From Candidatus Kaiserbacteria bacterium (GTDB lineage Bacteria > Patescibacteriota > Minisyncoccia > Phycocordibacterales > UBA2100), in NCBI GenBank assembly GCA_016432285.1, contig CP066682.1, positions 666,274 through 730,273 of the forward strand: a DNA stretch of 64,000 bases. Direction: 5' to 3'. The translations under genes were made by a program, and so were the position numbers. Shown here piece by piece: positions 1 to 11,121 of this stretch. Positions within the stretch are counted from its first letter, which is position 1, and every line of letters starts with the position of its first letter. The notes under the pieces are model-generated. The model saw nothing but the letters and a program-made list of their open reading frames with translations. It ran no database searches and was not told where the DNA came from.

Positions 1-2292
<2,292 letters not shown>

Positions 2293-2527
2293 GTTCTTCT
2301 AATTATAGCAGAAAACGGCCCCGGATGCACGCCCAAAAACGCCCTGTTTGATTGACAATTCGGGCGCCGGGCGTAGCCTTTTTCACAGTACAAAGTGTTC
2401 CGTATGCGTGTTGCGTCTTTGCGTTTTTCCCCCTTGGAGAAACCACCATGACCAACAAGGCATTCAGAAAGATTCCGCTTTCGGATCGGGTCGAGATGGT
2501 ACGCGCTCTCGCAAAGCGAGGTGGGTC

Positions 2528-2956
2528 ATGACAGATCGCCCCGTTTTGAAGCACGAGGAGATTGTTTTCGGGCCCATCACGGAGTGGGAGCTCGACAACG
2601 CGCTCGCATATGTGCGTGATCCGGATGGAAAATATCGCGCCGAACTCGATCGCGACCTTCTGCGCATCCTCGCGAATACGGCCAACGAGCGCCGGAGCCA
2701 CGGCGTGATACTGCCCCTCCTTGTCGCACGCGTCGTGCAGGACGGCATCCCCTTCTCCAACAAGACGGAGAAACCGAAGTACGAAGCGTACAAGGGAGCC
2801 ATCATGAAAATCTTCGCCGACCGCTACGCGAGGAGCGACCTAGCGAAGGATCGGCAGCGTGCGAGCGCTGCCGAAACGAGGCGGACCGGCAAGAAGAAAA
2901 AAGGCGAGTATCCGAAAGATTCTCGCAAAAAGCACAAAGACCAGTTCACCTTCTGA
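2528..2956 (+). CDS. hypothetical protein (142 aa, Lys-rich C-terminus)
   Basis: ATG at 2528 (MTDRPVLKHEEIVFGP...) within track ORF 2348..2956; host-like codon usage; followed by a GC hairpin terminator at 2962-2999. No recognisable family. Confidence 0.45.
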   Translation: MTDRPVLKHEEIVFGPITEWELDNALAYVRDPDGKYRAELDRDLLRILANTANERRSHGVILPLLVARVVQDGIPFSNKTEKPKYEAYKGAIMKIFADRYARSDLAKDRQRASAAETRRTGKKKKGEYPKDSRKKHKDQFTF

Positions 2957-2961
2957 ATCGA

Positions 2962-2999
2962 GGGCTCGCCGCACGCGTGCGGCGAGCCTCCTCTTTATT
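2962..2999. terminator. GC-rich hairpin (GGCTCGCCGCAC-GCG-TGCGGCGAGCC) plus T-run between convergent genes
   Basis: Perfect 11-12 bp inverted repeat followed by TCCTCTTTATTG; sits between the stops of 2528..2956(+) and 2995..3348(-). Confidence 0.55.
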
Positions 3000-3348
3000 G
3001 TGCGAACGGGTTCGGTGCCGCACCCTCTTCCTCCAACTGCTGTTCCTCGTACGTCTCTCCCGTGCCACTTTCGCGGATCGTCCGGAGCTCGGCGTCGTTG
3101 GCGCTCTCGCTCGAGAAATCACCGAGGAGTCGCTCCTGTGCTTCTCGCACTGACGAGAAGTTGAATTCGCTCTGCGCGCCGCTCGTGAGGTCGGCCTCGA
3201 CGCCGCCTCGCTGTATCTTTTTCAAAAAGAGGAACGCCCACCCGATGAAAAGGATGATGACGACCGCGATCGCGATGCCGCCCGCGACGGCCTTGCGCTC
3301 GTCCTTGGGCTTTTCTTTAAGATTGTTGATCGTCTTCTCGATTACCAT
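2995..3348 (-). CDS. small membrane protein, hypothetical (117 aa, one TM segment, acidic C-terminus)
   Basis: Track ORF; hydrophobic stretch AVAGGIAIAVVIILFIGWAFLFL; directly downstream of the MBL hydrolase gene on the same strand. Confidence 0.4.
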   Translation of the reverse strand: MVIEKTINNLKEKPKDERKAVAGGIAIAVVIILFIGWAFLFLKKIQRGGVEADLTSGAQSEFNFSSVREAQERLLGDFSSESANDAELRTIRESGTGETYEEQQLEEEGAAPNPFAQ

Positions 3349-3351
3349 GGC

Positions 3352-3969
3352 TTAGGAGCTGAGCACCACGACCTCGTTTTCTTTGCCCGCAAGATCGCGG
3401 AGCTTCACGGTGAGCTTTTCGACGGCCTTCGTATCTTCGCCCGCCTCTTTCAAAAATTGCTTCAGCGATTTGTCGTCGTACAGAATCGGAATGACGATCT
3501 TCGCTTCGAGCTTCACCGCAAGCTTCTGCGCTTCCGCGGGCGAAAGCGCACCCTGGCCACCCACCGGAATAATGAGAATGTCGGGCGCGTCCATTTCGAG
3601 CACCTCCGCCGGCACGTCGAGCTCGCCAAGCGCGCCGAGATACATCACCGAAAGGTCGTCGAAGTGGACGGAGTAGACGGTGTTGGTGAGCGGAGAGCCG
3701 CCGTATTTCGATCCCGAGGCAAAACCGGCCGCCGTCATTTCCTTCACTTCGTATTCCCCCGGCCCCGAGATCACAAAGGGCTGCTTCTCGCCACGCCCAG
3801 CCTCCTCGGCGCCGCTCATGTCGGGGTGGTTGAGGGAAATGAACGCGACATCGGCGCCAAAGTTCGTCGGCTTGAAATTCTTACTCGCTTTCGACACGGG
3901 CCCAAAGACGAGCGTCGTGTCGCCCGCCTGCGCGCGGATGCATGCGCCTTCGTGGAACGTGAGAATCAT
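3352..3969 (-). CDS. metallo-beta-lactamase-fold metal-dependent hydrolase (UPF0173/YtkL-like), 205 aa
   Basis: Internal ATG at 3969 (MILTFHEGACIRAQAGDTTLVFGP...) of track ORF 3352..4449; TATAAT hexamer 7 nt upstream of the ATG; the N-terminal 160 aa of the track ORF are Arg/Pro-rich and not protein-like. Confidence 0.55.
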   Translation of the reverse strand: MILTFHEGACIRAQAGDTTLVFGPVSKASKNFKPTNFGADVAFISLNHPDMSGAEEAGRGEKQPFVISGPGEYEVKEMTAAGFASGSKYGGSPLTNTVYSVHFDDLSVMYLGALGELDVPAEVLEMDAPDILIIPVGGQGALSPAEAQKLAVKLEAKIVIPILYDDKSLKQFLKEAGEDTKAVEKLTVKLRDLAGKENEVVVLSS

Positions 3970-4245
3970 GAGTTCGATTATACATAATTTTCTCCCATGC
4001 TGGGCATTGACGCCGTTTGGCGCCGGCGTACTGTAAAGAAATCCCTGCTCGAAGAAAGCAGTGGACATCGTCTCACTTGTGAAGAGTGAGACTCCAGACG
4101 GAGAACCGTGCATGAAGACCACCACGACGAAGTAAAGCGACGGTGCGCGCTCGCTGGACAGGCAGCAAGGAGCGCCCACCGGGAACGGCCTGCACGTCCC
4201 TTGATCCACACGTGGAGCAGAGCATGACTCCGCCGATGAGACGTA

Positions 4246-4290
4246 GGGGCAAGCGATCCGCGGTCGATCGTTTGCCCCTAATTTTTTATT
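4246..4290 (+). terminator. rho-independent terminator, plus orientation, inside a 430-bp divergent intergenic region
   Basis: GGGGCAAGCGATC-cgcggtc-GATCGTTTGCCCC (13-bp stem, one mismatch) followed by TAATTTTTTATT; no annotated plus-strand gene ends here. Confidence 0.55.
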
Positions 4291-4400
4291 CTGAGCGGAT
4301 TGACCCGCTTCGTTTTGAGGCATACGCTTTCCACAGATCCGATCGACACCCGTCAACGATCGGACGTTGCGTACAGAGACGGGAGGAAACGTAGGGCGAA

Positions 4401-4754
4401 ATGCTTTTGTGGGCAAAGCTCGCGCTTGCGGCAGCGATGTGCTGCTCATCCGCGAGTGCGACGAAGGCGCAAGACGTGCAAACCGTCGGCGCTTTCAAAA
4501 AAATCATCGTTACGCCGCGCGGCGTTGCGACGATCGAAATGAAGTACCGCAGCACGGCAGATCCGGCGGCCGCGCTCGCGGATGCGCTCCAAGCCGGCGA
4601 TGCGCTGCTGCGGGCCGTGGAGATTCTCAACGACCGCAATCTATACACTGCCGGCGAAAAGTGCTATCTCCTCGACACCCGTCAGGAGGTCGTATGCTCG
4701 CCGCCACTGCCGCGCTCTCGGCCGAATTTGCTGGAAGCGGCCGCAACGCGCTGA
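4401..4754 (+). CDS. hypothetical secreted/lipoprotein-like small protein (117 aa)
   Basis: N-terminal signal-like segment MLLWAKLALAAAMCCSSASA; GGGAGG about 13 nt upstream; canonical terminator immediately downstream. Confidence 0.45.
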   Translation: MLLWAKLALAAAMCCSSASATKAQDVQTVGAFKKIIVTPRGVATIEMKYRSTADPAAALADALQAGDALLRAVEILNDRNLYTAGEKCYLLDTRQEVVCSPPLPRSRPNLLEAAATR

Positions 4755-4775
4755 CCGCACACTCGCCTCGTTGGC

Positions 4776-4808
4776 GACCCCCGCGAGAGATCGCGGGGGC
4801 TTTTTTGT
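4776..4808 (+). terminator. rho-independent terminator
   Basis: CCCCCGCGA-gaga-TCGCGGGGG followed by CTTTTTTGTTG. Confidence 0.7.
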
Positions 4809-4836
4809 TGCACTCCCGCACGCCTTCCTCTATAGT
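4808..4836 (+). promoter_or_regulatory. sigma70-like promoter for rpsA (TTGCAC-17nt-TATAGT)
   Basis: Hexamers with 17-nt spacing about 100 nt upstream of rpsA ATG; the leader contains GGACGAAAGTCC hairpin. Confidence 0.4.
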
Positions 4837-4939
4837 GTGGCCACGGACGAAAGTCCGATTACCAATTAATAGTGTGCCCGGTAAGGCTTTCCCTCAGACA
4901 GACACGGTAGCGCAGGAGGGGTAGTCCGGGCAGCAACAC

Positions 4940-6064
4940 ATGCAAGCAACAGCAGTACAAGAGGCGGCGATAGCCGCCGAGGAAAATAACGAGGAGGTGG
5001 TGATCGAAAAGCAGGGCCCCATGGCCGAGCTTTTGAGCACAGCGCCGAAGGCCCCGTCCGTTGACGACGTGGTCGAGGGCCCCGTGGTGGCCGTGGGCCG
5101 CGCGCGGGTCTTTGTGGATCTCCATCCCTTCGGCACCGGCATCATTTACGGCCGCGAGTATCTTTCGGCCCGCGAGACTTTGAAAAACGTAAACATCGGC
5201 GACACGATCACCGCAAAGGTGATCGGCGCCGAAAACGACGAGGGCTACATCGAACTCTCGCTTCGCGAAGCGCGCCAGGCGCTCATCTGGAACGAGGCCG
5301 AGCAGGCGCTGCAAAAGAAGACGGTCTTCGAGCTCCCGGTATCGGAGGCCAACAAGGGCGGACTCATCATTTCGTGGAGCGGCCTCCAAGGCTTCCTCCC
5401 CGCTTCGCAGCTCGCACCCGCCCACTATCCGCGCGTCCCCGACGGCGACAAGGACAAGATTTTCGTCGAGCTCAAAAAGCTCGTGGGACAAAAGATCGAG
5501 GTGATGATCATCACCGCGAATCCGAAGGAAGGGAAGCTCATCTTCTCTGAAAAAGGCGCGGGCAGCTCCGAGCGCGCATCGCTCGTGGAGAAATACCACG
5601 TGGGCGACGTGCTGGAGGGCACCGTCACCGGCGCGACCGAGTTCGGCGTCTTCGTGAAGCTCGAGGAGGGCCTCGAAGGTCTCGTGCACATCTCCGAAAT
5701 GGACTGGGCGCTCGTGGAAAATCCCAAGACGAGATACCGCGTCGGCGAAAACGTGAAGGTGAAAGTGATCGAGATCAAGGACGACAAGATTTCCCTCTCG
5801 ATCAAGGCGCTCGTCGACGATCCGTGGAAGGCGGCGGCGGCGAAGTATCACAAAGACCAGAAAGTGGATGCGGTGGTCATCAAGTACAACAAGCACGGCG
5901 CGCTCGCCTCGATCGAAGAGGGCGTCGCGGGCCTCGTGCATATCTCAGAGTTCGCCAACGAGGAAGAGCTGCGTGCCAAACTCGAGCTCGGCAAGGTGTA
6001 TCCTTTTACGATCACCTTCTTCGAACCGAAAGATCGCAGAATGACCTTGAAACCGGTGCGATAG
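4940..6064 (+). CDS. rpsA: 30S ribosomal protein S1 (four S1 domains, 374 aa)
   Basis: Repeated S1-domain motifs (GDVLEGTVTGATEFGVFVKL, GLVHISE...), typical S1 architecture. Confidence 0.9.
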   Translation: MQATAVQEAAIAAEENNEEVVIEKQGPMAELLSTAPKAPSVDDVVEGPVVAVGRARVFVDLHPFGTGIIYGREYLSARETLKNVNIGDTITAKVIGAENDEGYIELSLREARQALIWNEAEQALQKKTVFELPVSEANKGGLIISWSGLQGFLPASQLAPAHYPRVPDGDKDKIFVELKKLVGQKIEVMIITANPKEGKLIFSEKGAGSSERASLVEKYHVGDVLEGTVTGATEFGVFVKLEEGLEGLVHISEMDWALVENPKTRYRVGENVKVKVIEIKDDKISLSIKALVDDPWKAAAAKYHKDQKVDAVVIKYNKHGALASIEEGVAGLVHISEFANEEELRAKLELGKVYPFTITFFEPKDRRMTLKPVR

Positions 6065-6148
6065 TTCGCTCTGCTTCACCCGCACTTCACTCCCATGCGA
6101 GAGCATACTCGCTTCGGCTTTTCGTCGGAGCCGAACGAGCTAACGAAA

Positions 6149-6307
6149 ATGGGTATGCAGTACGACATCACTGAAAAAAGAAATCGCGATGCGGAGGCCG
6201 AGGAGCGCAAGCGCAAGGAAGCCGAAGAAGAAGAGTATCGCGCCCGCATGCGCCGCGCGGAGGAAGACGCCCGGAGGCAGCAGGAGGACGAAGACGAGGC
6301 CGGCTAA
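6149..6307 (+). CDS. possible small highly charged protein (MGMQYDITEKRNRDAEAEERKRKEAEEEEYRARMRRAEEDARRQQEDEDEAG)
   Basis: ORF in a 256-bp gap after rpsA; its last codons form a perfect 12-bp hairpin (6294-6319) whose 3-nt loop is the TAA stop; no clear RBS. Confidence 0.25.
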   Translation: MGMQYDITEKRNRDAEAEERKRKEAEEEEYRARMRRAEEDARRQQEDEDEAG

Positions 6308-6320
6308 GCCGGCCTCGTCC

Positions 6321-6923
6321 CTAATTGAACTGATTCATCGCTTTTTCTCTCCCTTCGAGCACGGCGCACTCGATCGCGGTGCTCGCACGCTTCCAAACGC
6401 GCTTCATTTCATCGAGCTCGGGTGCGCGGAATTTGGTGAGAATGAAATTGTTGACCACCTTTTCGCCCGTCGGCTTTCGGATTGCCCCAGATGCGGTCGA
6501 AGGTGAGATGCCGATTCGCACGCGCGTAAACTTTTTAGTCTTTACCGCCCTGATGATCGACTCGAGCCCTCGGTGCCCGCCACTCCCCCGGTCAAAAGAA
6601 ATCTTCATGGAGCCGAGCGGCAGGTCGAGATCGTCGTAGACGACGATCAGCCGCTCGGCGGCCTTCGCGCTTTTCACGTACCGCGCGACCGCGGACCCAG
6701 ATTTGTTCATAAACGTGTCGGGAAGCACGAGCGCGGTGGCCGTTTTGCCGACGAGCGCGCCCGCCGTATGCGCTTTTGCCTTCTTATCCTCCCGAAACTC
6801 CCCGATTCCATGGGCTTTTCCGAAGAACTGCACCGCCATGCGGCCCGTATTGTGCCGCGTGGAGTCGTATTCCTCCCCCGGATTCCCCAGTCCGACGATT
6901 ACCCACGCCATAATGCGGCGCAT
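6321..6923 (-). CDS. pth: peptidyl-tRNA hydrolase
   Basis: MRRIMAWVIVGLGNPGEEYDSTRHNTGRMAV... matches the Pth N-terminal GLGNPG..TRHN motif; start at 6923 (or 6911 MAWV); GATAAT directly upstream of ATG. Confidence 0.9.
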   Translation of the reverse strand: MRRIMAWVIVGLGNPGEEYDSTRHNTGRMAVQFFGKAHGIGEFREDKKAKAHTAGALVGKTATALVLPDTFMNKSGSAVARYVKSAKAAERLIVVYDDLDLPLGSMKISFDRGSGGHRGLESIIRAVKTKKFTRVRIGISPSTASGAIRKPTGEKVVNNFILTKFRAPELDEMKRVWKRASTAIECAVLEGREKAMNQFN

Positions 6924-7110
6924 TCTATCAGACTTTCCTGTAACTTCCCTTCCACCCGCTGACGCAGGGTGCGTGGAGTGTTTCCGGAGACTCGCGCAAC
7001 GCAATCGCGCGAGCGGAAGTAAATTTTCAGCAGAAAATTATGCGACGCCGGAACATGTGCATCGCGGAAACTGTAAACTGCAAAAAATTGCGACGCAACA
7101 CTCCTCCCCC

Positions 7111-7140
7111 TTGGTGTCAATCCCACGCTGCGAGTAGAAT
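7111..7140 (+). promoter_or_regulatory. promoter for lepB (TTGGTG-18nt-TAGAAT), -10 box 8 nt from ATG
   Basis: Hexamers read directly; preceded by two direct repeats AAAATTnnGCGACGC (7032-7050, 7082-7100). Confidence 0.45.
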
Positions 7141-7148
7141 GCGCGCAC

Positions 7149-7742
7149 ATGAACGAACCGGTGATGCAAAATAGTTCATCACAGGTCACTCAAAAGAGTT
7201 CTCAAACGTCATTGATCGTGTACACGATCATCGCGATCGGTCTCGCGCTCTTCATCCGCTTCTTTATCGCCGCCCCATACGTCGTTTCGGGTGCTTCGAT
7301 GGAGCCCAACTTCCATGACTGGAACTACCTCATCATCGACAGGCTCACGTACGACCTCTCCGACCCCGCGCGGGGCGACGTGATCGTCTTTGCACTCCCC
7401 GGCAGCAACGGCCGCTCCCTGATCAAGCGCGTGATCGGCCTTCCGGGCGAAACCGTCCGCATCGCCGACCGTTCCGTACGCATCGTCAATGCCGAGCACC
7501 CCGACGGATTCGTCCTCGACGAGCCGTACCTCGACGAGAGCAACATCGGTGGCATGAACGACATGAGCGTGAGCCTCGGCGACGACCAATACTTCGTGCT
7601 CGGCGACAACCGTAAGGTGAGTGCCGACTCCCGCAGCTGGGGCACGCTCCCGAGAGCAGACATCGTCGGCAGAGTTTTGGTGCGCCTCTTTCCCCTGAAT
7701 GGCATCGGGATACTTCCTGGCCAGTCACGGTACGACGAGTGA
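7149..7742 (+). CDS. lepB: signal peptidase I
   Basis: N-terminal TM anchor then SGASMEPNF (catalytic Ser box), GDNRKVSADSR and RVIGLPGE boxes typical of SPase I. Confidence 0.9.
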   Translation: MNEPVMQNSSSQVTQKSSQTSLIVYTIIAIGLALFIRFFIAAPYVVSGASMEPNFHDWNYLIIDRLTYDLSDPARGDVIVFALPGSNGRSLIKRVIGLPGETVRIADRSVRIVNAEHPDGFVLDEPYLDESNIGGMNDMSVSLGDDQYFVLGDNRKVSADSRSWGTLPRADIVGRVLVRLFPLNGIGILPGQSRYDE

Positions 7743-7760
7743 TCGCGCTTTTTTAAAAAT

Positions 7761-8972
7761 ATGATCCGACTCAAAGACACGCGGCACGAGAGCACGGCGT
7801 CGTTTTTGCAATCGGCAATCCGCGTCGCCGAATACTACGGATTCACGCCGCTCGACGACGCGCCCCGCAAAGACGCGGCACAGCTGCGCGCGCAGCGCTC
7901 ACGCGCCTCGAAGAATGACTCCGAGATCGCTTTCGCACGCCGCGAGGAGCGCTCGCTCGCTGCCGCCGCCAAGCGCTGCGCCGTGTGCGCCCGCCCCAAC
8001 GGCGAGAATCTCCTGCTGTGGCAGATTACGCACAACAAAGATCGCGGCTCCACGCCTTCCACCTCGCTCGAGCTTCATGTCATCGGCACCTCATCGGCCA
8101 TCGCCGAAGCGATGCTCATCGTGGTGGGGAGCGCGATCGCGCAGGAAGCGGGACTTTCGGAGCGCGTGCTCTCGATCAACAACATCGGATCGAGCGAGAG
8201 CTCCGGGAGATTCATCCGCGACGTGGGCGCCTACCTCCGCAAACACATCGAATCAATCTCTCCCACGCTCCGGCCGCGCGCCGCCACCGATCCTCTCGGG
8301 ACACTGATCCAGCTCATCGAGCGCGGACATCCGGCCACGCCGCGCGCACCGCAGCCCATGGAGTACCTCACCGAGGAGGAGCGCCGGCGCTTCTGGGAAC
8401 TCTTGGAATATCTCGAAGTGTACGGGCTCGCGTACGAGCTCTCGCCGCACATCCTCGGCAGCCGCGACTGCTGGGCGCACTCGCTCTATCAGATCTCCGC
8501 GGTGGAGCCTGAAAGCGGTGCGCGCATTCCGGTGGCCTTCGGCGGCCGCTACGATCCGTTGGCCGCGCGCTTTGCCGCATCCCCCACCGCAGCGGCGACG
8601 ATCTCGATCAGCTGCGAGATTCGCGGAAAAACGCGCGTGAAGCGCGAGGTGCCGGGCATTCCTTCGATCTATTTCGCGCACCTCGGTCCCGAAGCGCGTC
8701 GCCACTCACTCTCGGTCATGGAAATGCTACGCACCGCGGGCATTCCCGTGCACCAGGGCCTCCACCACGAAACGATCGGCACGCAGATGGCGGCGGCCCG
8801 GAAGCTGGCGGCGCCATACGTGCTCATCATGGGCCACAAGGAAGCGGTGGAGGGTACGATCCTCGTGCGCGAAGTGGTAACTAATTCGCAGGATGCGATT
8901 CCGCTTCCGGATTTGGTCAACCACCTGAAGCGCAGGCGAGTCGGGGGCTATCTTGCCGAGGCACGCGCGTAA
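7761..8972 (+). CDS. histidyl-tRNA synthetase-like protein (class II aaRS core plus anticodon-binding-like C-terminus; HisS/HisZ family, possibly divergent)
   Basis: AFGGRYDPLAARF resembles the HisRS GGRYD motif; C-terminal YVLIMGHKEAVEGTILVREV resembles the class II anticodon-binding domain; motifs 1/2 are poorly conserved. Confidence 0.45.
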   Translation: MIRLKDTRHESTASFLQSAIRVAEYYGFTPLDDAPRKDAAQLRAQRSRASKNDSEIAFARREERSLAAAAKRCAVCARPNGENLLLWQITHNKDRGSTPSTSLELHVIGTSSAIAEAMLIVVGSAIAQEAGLSERVLSINNIGSSESSGRFIRDVGAYLRKHIESISPTLRPRAATDPLGTLIQLIERGHPATPRAPQPMEYLTEEERRRFWELLEYLEVYGLAYELSPHILGSRDCWAHSLYQISAVEPESGARIPVAFGGRYDPLAARFAASPTAAATISISCEIRGKTRVKREVPGIPSIYFAHLGPEARRHSLSVMEMLRTAGIPVHQGLHHETIGTQMAAARKLAAPYVLIMGHKEAVEGTILVREVVTNSQDAIPLPDLVNHLKRRRVGGYLAEARA

Positions 8973-9015
8973 GAGATTGTTATTCGCGATTCGGCGTGGT
9001 ACAGTGCCGCGACAT

Positions 9016-9327
9016 ATGGCAGTCAATGCTGAAGTGCAAAAGACCGGGAGCGAAAGCACGCTCTCCACGATCCGGAAATTCAGCCGGCGCGTGCAGGGCA
9101 CCGGATTGGTGAAGACCGTCCGCAACCGCCGCTACTACGCGCGCGATGCCTCGAAGATCGTCAAGAAAAAGCGCGCATTGAAGCTCATCAAGCGCCGCGC
9201 GGAATACCGCAAGCTCGTCAAGGAAGGCAAGATCGCCGAAGCGCCTGTTCGCCCCGGCCGCCCGAGCTTCAACCGCGAAGGCTCGCAGGGATCCCGCTTC
9301 GGCGAGAGCACTCCGATCGCACGCTAG
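9016..9327 (+). CDS. rpsU: 30S ribosomal protein S21-like (103 aa with C-terminal extension)
   Basis: MAVNAEVQKTGSESTLSTIRKFSRRVQGTGLVKTVRNRRYYARDASKIVKKKRALKLIKRR follows the S21 pattern (RKF.R....G.L..VR.R.YY.K.S.....K); TACAGT 9 nt upstream of ATG; adjacent to ybeY. Confidence 0.55.
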   Translation: MAVNAEVQKTGSESTLSTIRKFSRRVQGTGLVKTVRNRRYYARDASKIVKKKRALKLIKRRAEYRKLVKEGKIAEAPVRPGRPSFNREGSQGSRFGESTPIAR

Positions 9328-9735
9328 ATGGGTGTGGACATAAAAGTAACGACTCGCCCCGCATCGCTTTTTGCAAAAAGCGATGCGGGGCGTCTTCCGT
9401 TTGAAAAAATCGCCGCAGCGATCCTCGGCAGCACGTATGAGCTCTCGCTCGTAGTATGCGGCGATCAGCTCGCCACGCGTATGAACAGGCAGTATCGCAA
9501 GAAAACCTACTCCCCCAACGTCCTCTCGTTCCCGATCGAAAAAAGAAGTGGCGAAATCTTTCTTAATCTCGCCTGCGCGAAGCGCGAGGCGGCAGCATAC
9601 GGCGTGCCCCTCCGAAGCAGGCTTGCGCTCCTTTTTGTGCACGGTTGTTTCCACCTCAAGGGCCTCTCGCACGGAAAAAAGATGGAGTCGCTCGAGCGCG
9701 CAACGCTCCGGCGCTTCGGTATCCACGAAAAATAG
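9328..9735 (+). CDS. ybeY: endoribonuclease YbeY (rRNA maturation factor)
   Basis: HGCFHLKGLSHG matches the YbeY H-x3-H-x5-H zinc motif; size 135 aa. Confidence 0.85.
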   Translation: MGVDIKVTTRPASLFAKSDAGRLPFEKIAAAILGSTYELSLVVCGDQLATRMNRQYRKKTYSPNVLSFPIEKRSGEIFLNLACAKREAAAYGVPLRSRLALLFVHGCFHLKGLSHGKKMESLERATLRRFGIHEK

Positions 9736-9771
9736 CCGCTCCGGCGCGGCAAATCGCGGTACAATGACCCG

Positions 9772-10941
9772 ATGCGCAAAGTCTACGCGGGCATCGACAT
9801 CGGCACGTACCATGTGAAGTGCGTCCTCGCGGCTCCCGCAGACAACCCCGAAGCGCCGATGCAGATTCTCGGCACGGGCACCTCAATCTCTCGCGGCATG
9901 CGCCACGGCTACATCGTCGACGGCAAGGAAACGCAAAAGAGCATTCGAGATGCGCTCCAGAAGGCGCAGGCGGCCGCCAAGGTGAAAATCCAGCGCGCGC
10001 GCGTGGCCATGGGCGGCGTGGGGCTCGATGAAATACGCTCCACAGGCGAGGTAACGCTCACGCCCTCCGGCGGCTTGGTAACCGACCGAGAGATCGACCG
10101 CGCCCTCAAAGAGAGCGAAAAGCGCGCGGCTTCGAAGCTCGTCAACCGCACGATCATCCACACGATCCCGCTCGAGTTCCGTGTCGATGGCACGAAAGTC
10201 CTGGGGAAGCCGCAAGGACTCCAGGGCACCAAGCTCTCCGTCGACACGCTGCTCATCACCATGATCGCGCAGCACTACGACGAGATCATGGATGCGGTGG
10301 AGGAAGCCGGTGTAGAGCCGGAAGGCGTCATGGCCTCCCCGCTTGCCGCGAGCATGGTCACGCTCACCAAGGCGCAAAAAACGGCCGGCGTGATGCTCGC
10401 CAACATCGGCGCCGAGACGCTCTCGATCATCGTCTTCGACAACGACACGCCGGTCTCGCTCAAGGTTTTCCCTGTCGGCTCCTCCGACATCACCAACACG
10501 ATCGCACTCTCCTTCCAGATTCCGCTCACGGAAGCCGAACAGATGAAGCGCGGCGCCGTCACCGGCAGCGACATCGCACCCAAAAAGATGCAGACGATCG
10601 TGGCGGCACGCCTCAAAGACATGTTTGTGCTTATCAACGCGCACCTCAAATCGCTCGGGCGCCAGCGGCTCCTCCCGGCCGGTGTCGTGATCACGGGCGG
10701 CGGCTCGGGACTCGCGAGCGCTTCCGAGATCGCAAAAGCAATTTTGAAACTACCGTCGCAAATCGGTCAGGTGGGCTACCTGCCACGCACCTCGTCCGTG
10801 GATGCCACCTGGGCCGTCGCGTACGGCCTCTGCCGCTGGGCGTACGCGGAAGATCTCTCCGACGGCAAAGGCACGCTCGGCGACGCCTTCCGTCACGCAT
10901 TCGATTCAGTGCGTCAGGCTTTCCGTTCGCTTCTCCCGTAA
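9772..10941 (+). CDS. ftsA: cell division protein FtsA
   Basis: Actin-fold N-terminus MRKVYAGIDIGTYHVKCVLA, length 389 aa, immediately upstream of ftsZ; TACAAT 6 nt upstream of ATG. Confidence 0.9.
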   Translation: MRKVYAGIDIGTYHVKCVLAAPADNPEAPMQILGTGTSISRGMRHGYIVDGKETQKSIRDALQKAQAAAKVKIQRARVAMGGVGLDEIRSTGEVTLTPSGGLVTDREIDRALKESEKRAASKLVNRTIIHTIPLEFRVDGTKVLGKPQGLQGTKLSVDTLLITMIAQHYDEIMDAVEEAGVEPEGVMASPLAASMVTLTKAQKTAGVMLANIGAETLSIIVFDNDTPVSLKVFPVGSSDITNTIALSFQIPLTEAEQMKRGAVTGSDIAPKKMQTIVAARLKDMFVLINAHLKSLGRQRLLPAGVVITGGGSGLASASEIAKAILKLPSQIGQVGYLPRTSSVDATWAVAYGLCRWAYAEDLSDGKGTLGDAFRHAFDSVRQAFRSLLP

Positions 10942-11121
10942 ACAACCTTTCCGAAACGCTTTCGACTCACACATTTACTCGCATACTTAATTGGTCCGAC
11001 CGGACCAATGAAGTATGTGGCGCGCATAAATGAAAGCGGACATTTCAACCTAAAACGAGACAACAGCGGGATGATATGGTCAAGTTTGCCCTCTTTCTGA
11101 AAGTGCTATGATGGCCCCACT

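Noticed and set aside
4030-4290. Possible SRP/4.5S, RNase P, tmRNA or 6S identity for the intergenic structured region
   Set aside because: I could not find the conserved GGAAGCAGCCAAGGCAG (SRP), GGAAAGTCCGG (P4 of RNase P) or tmRNA tag/tRNA-Ala-like ends; kept only as an unclassified sRNA candidate.
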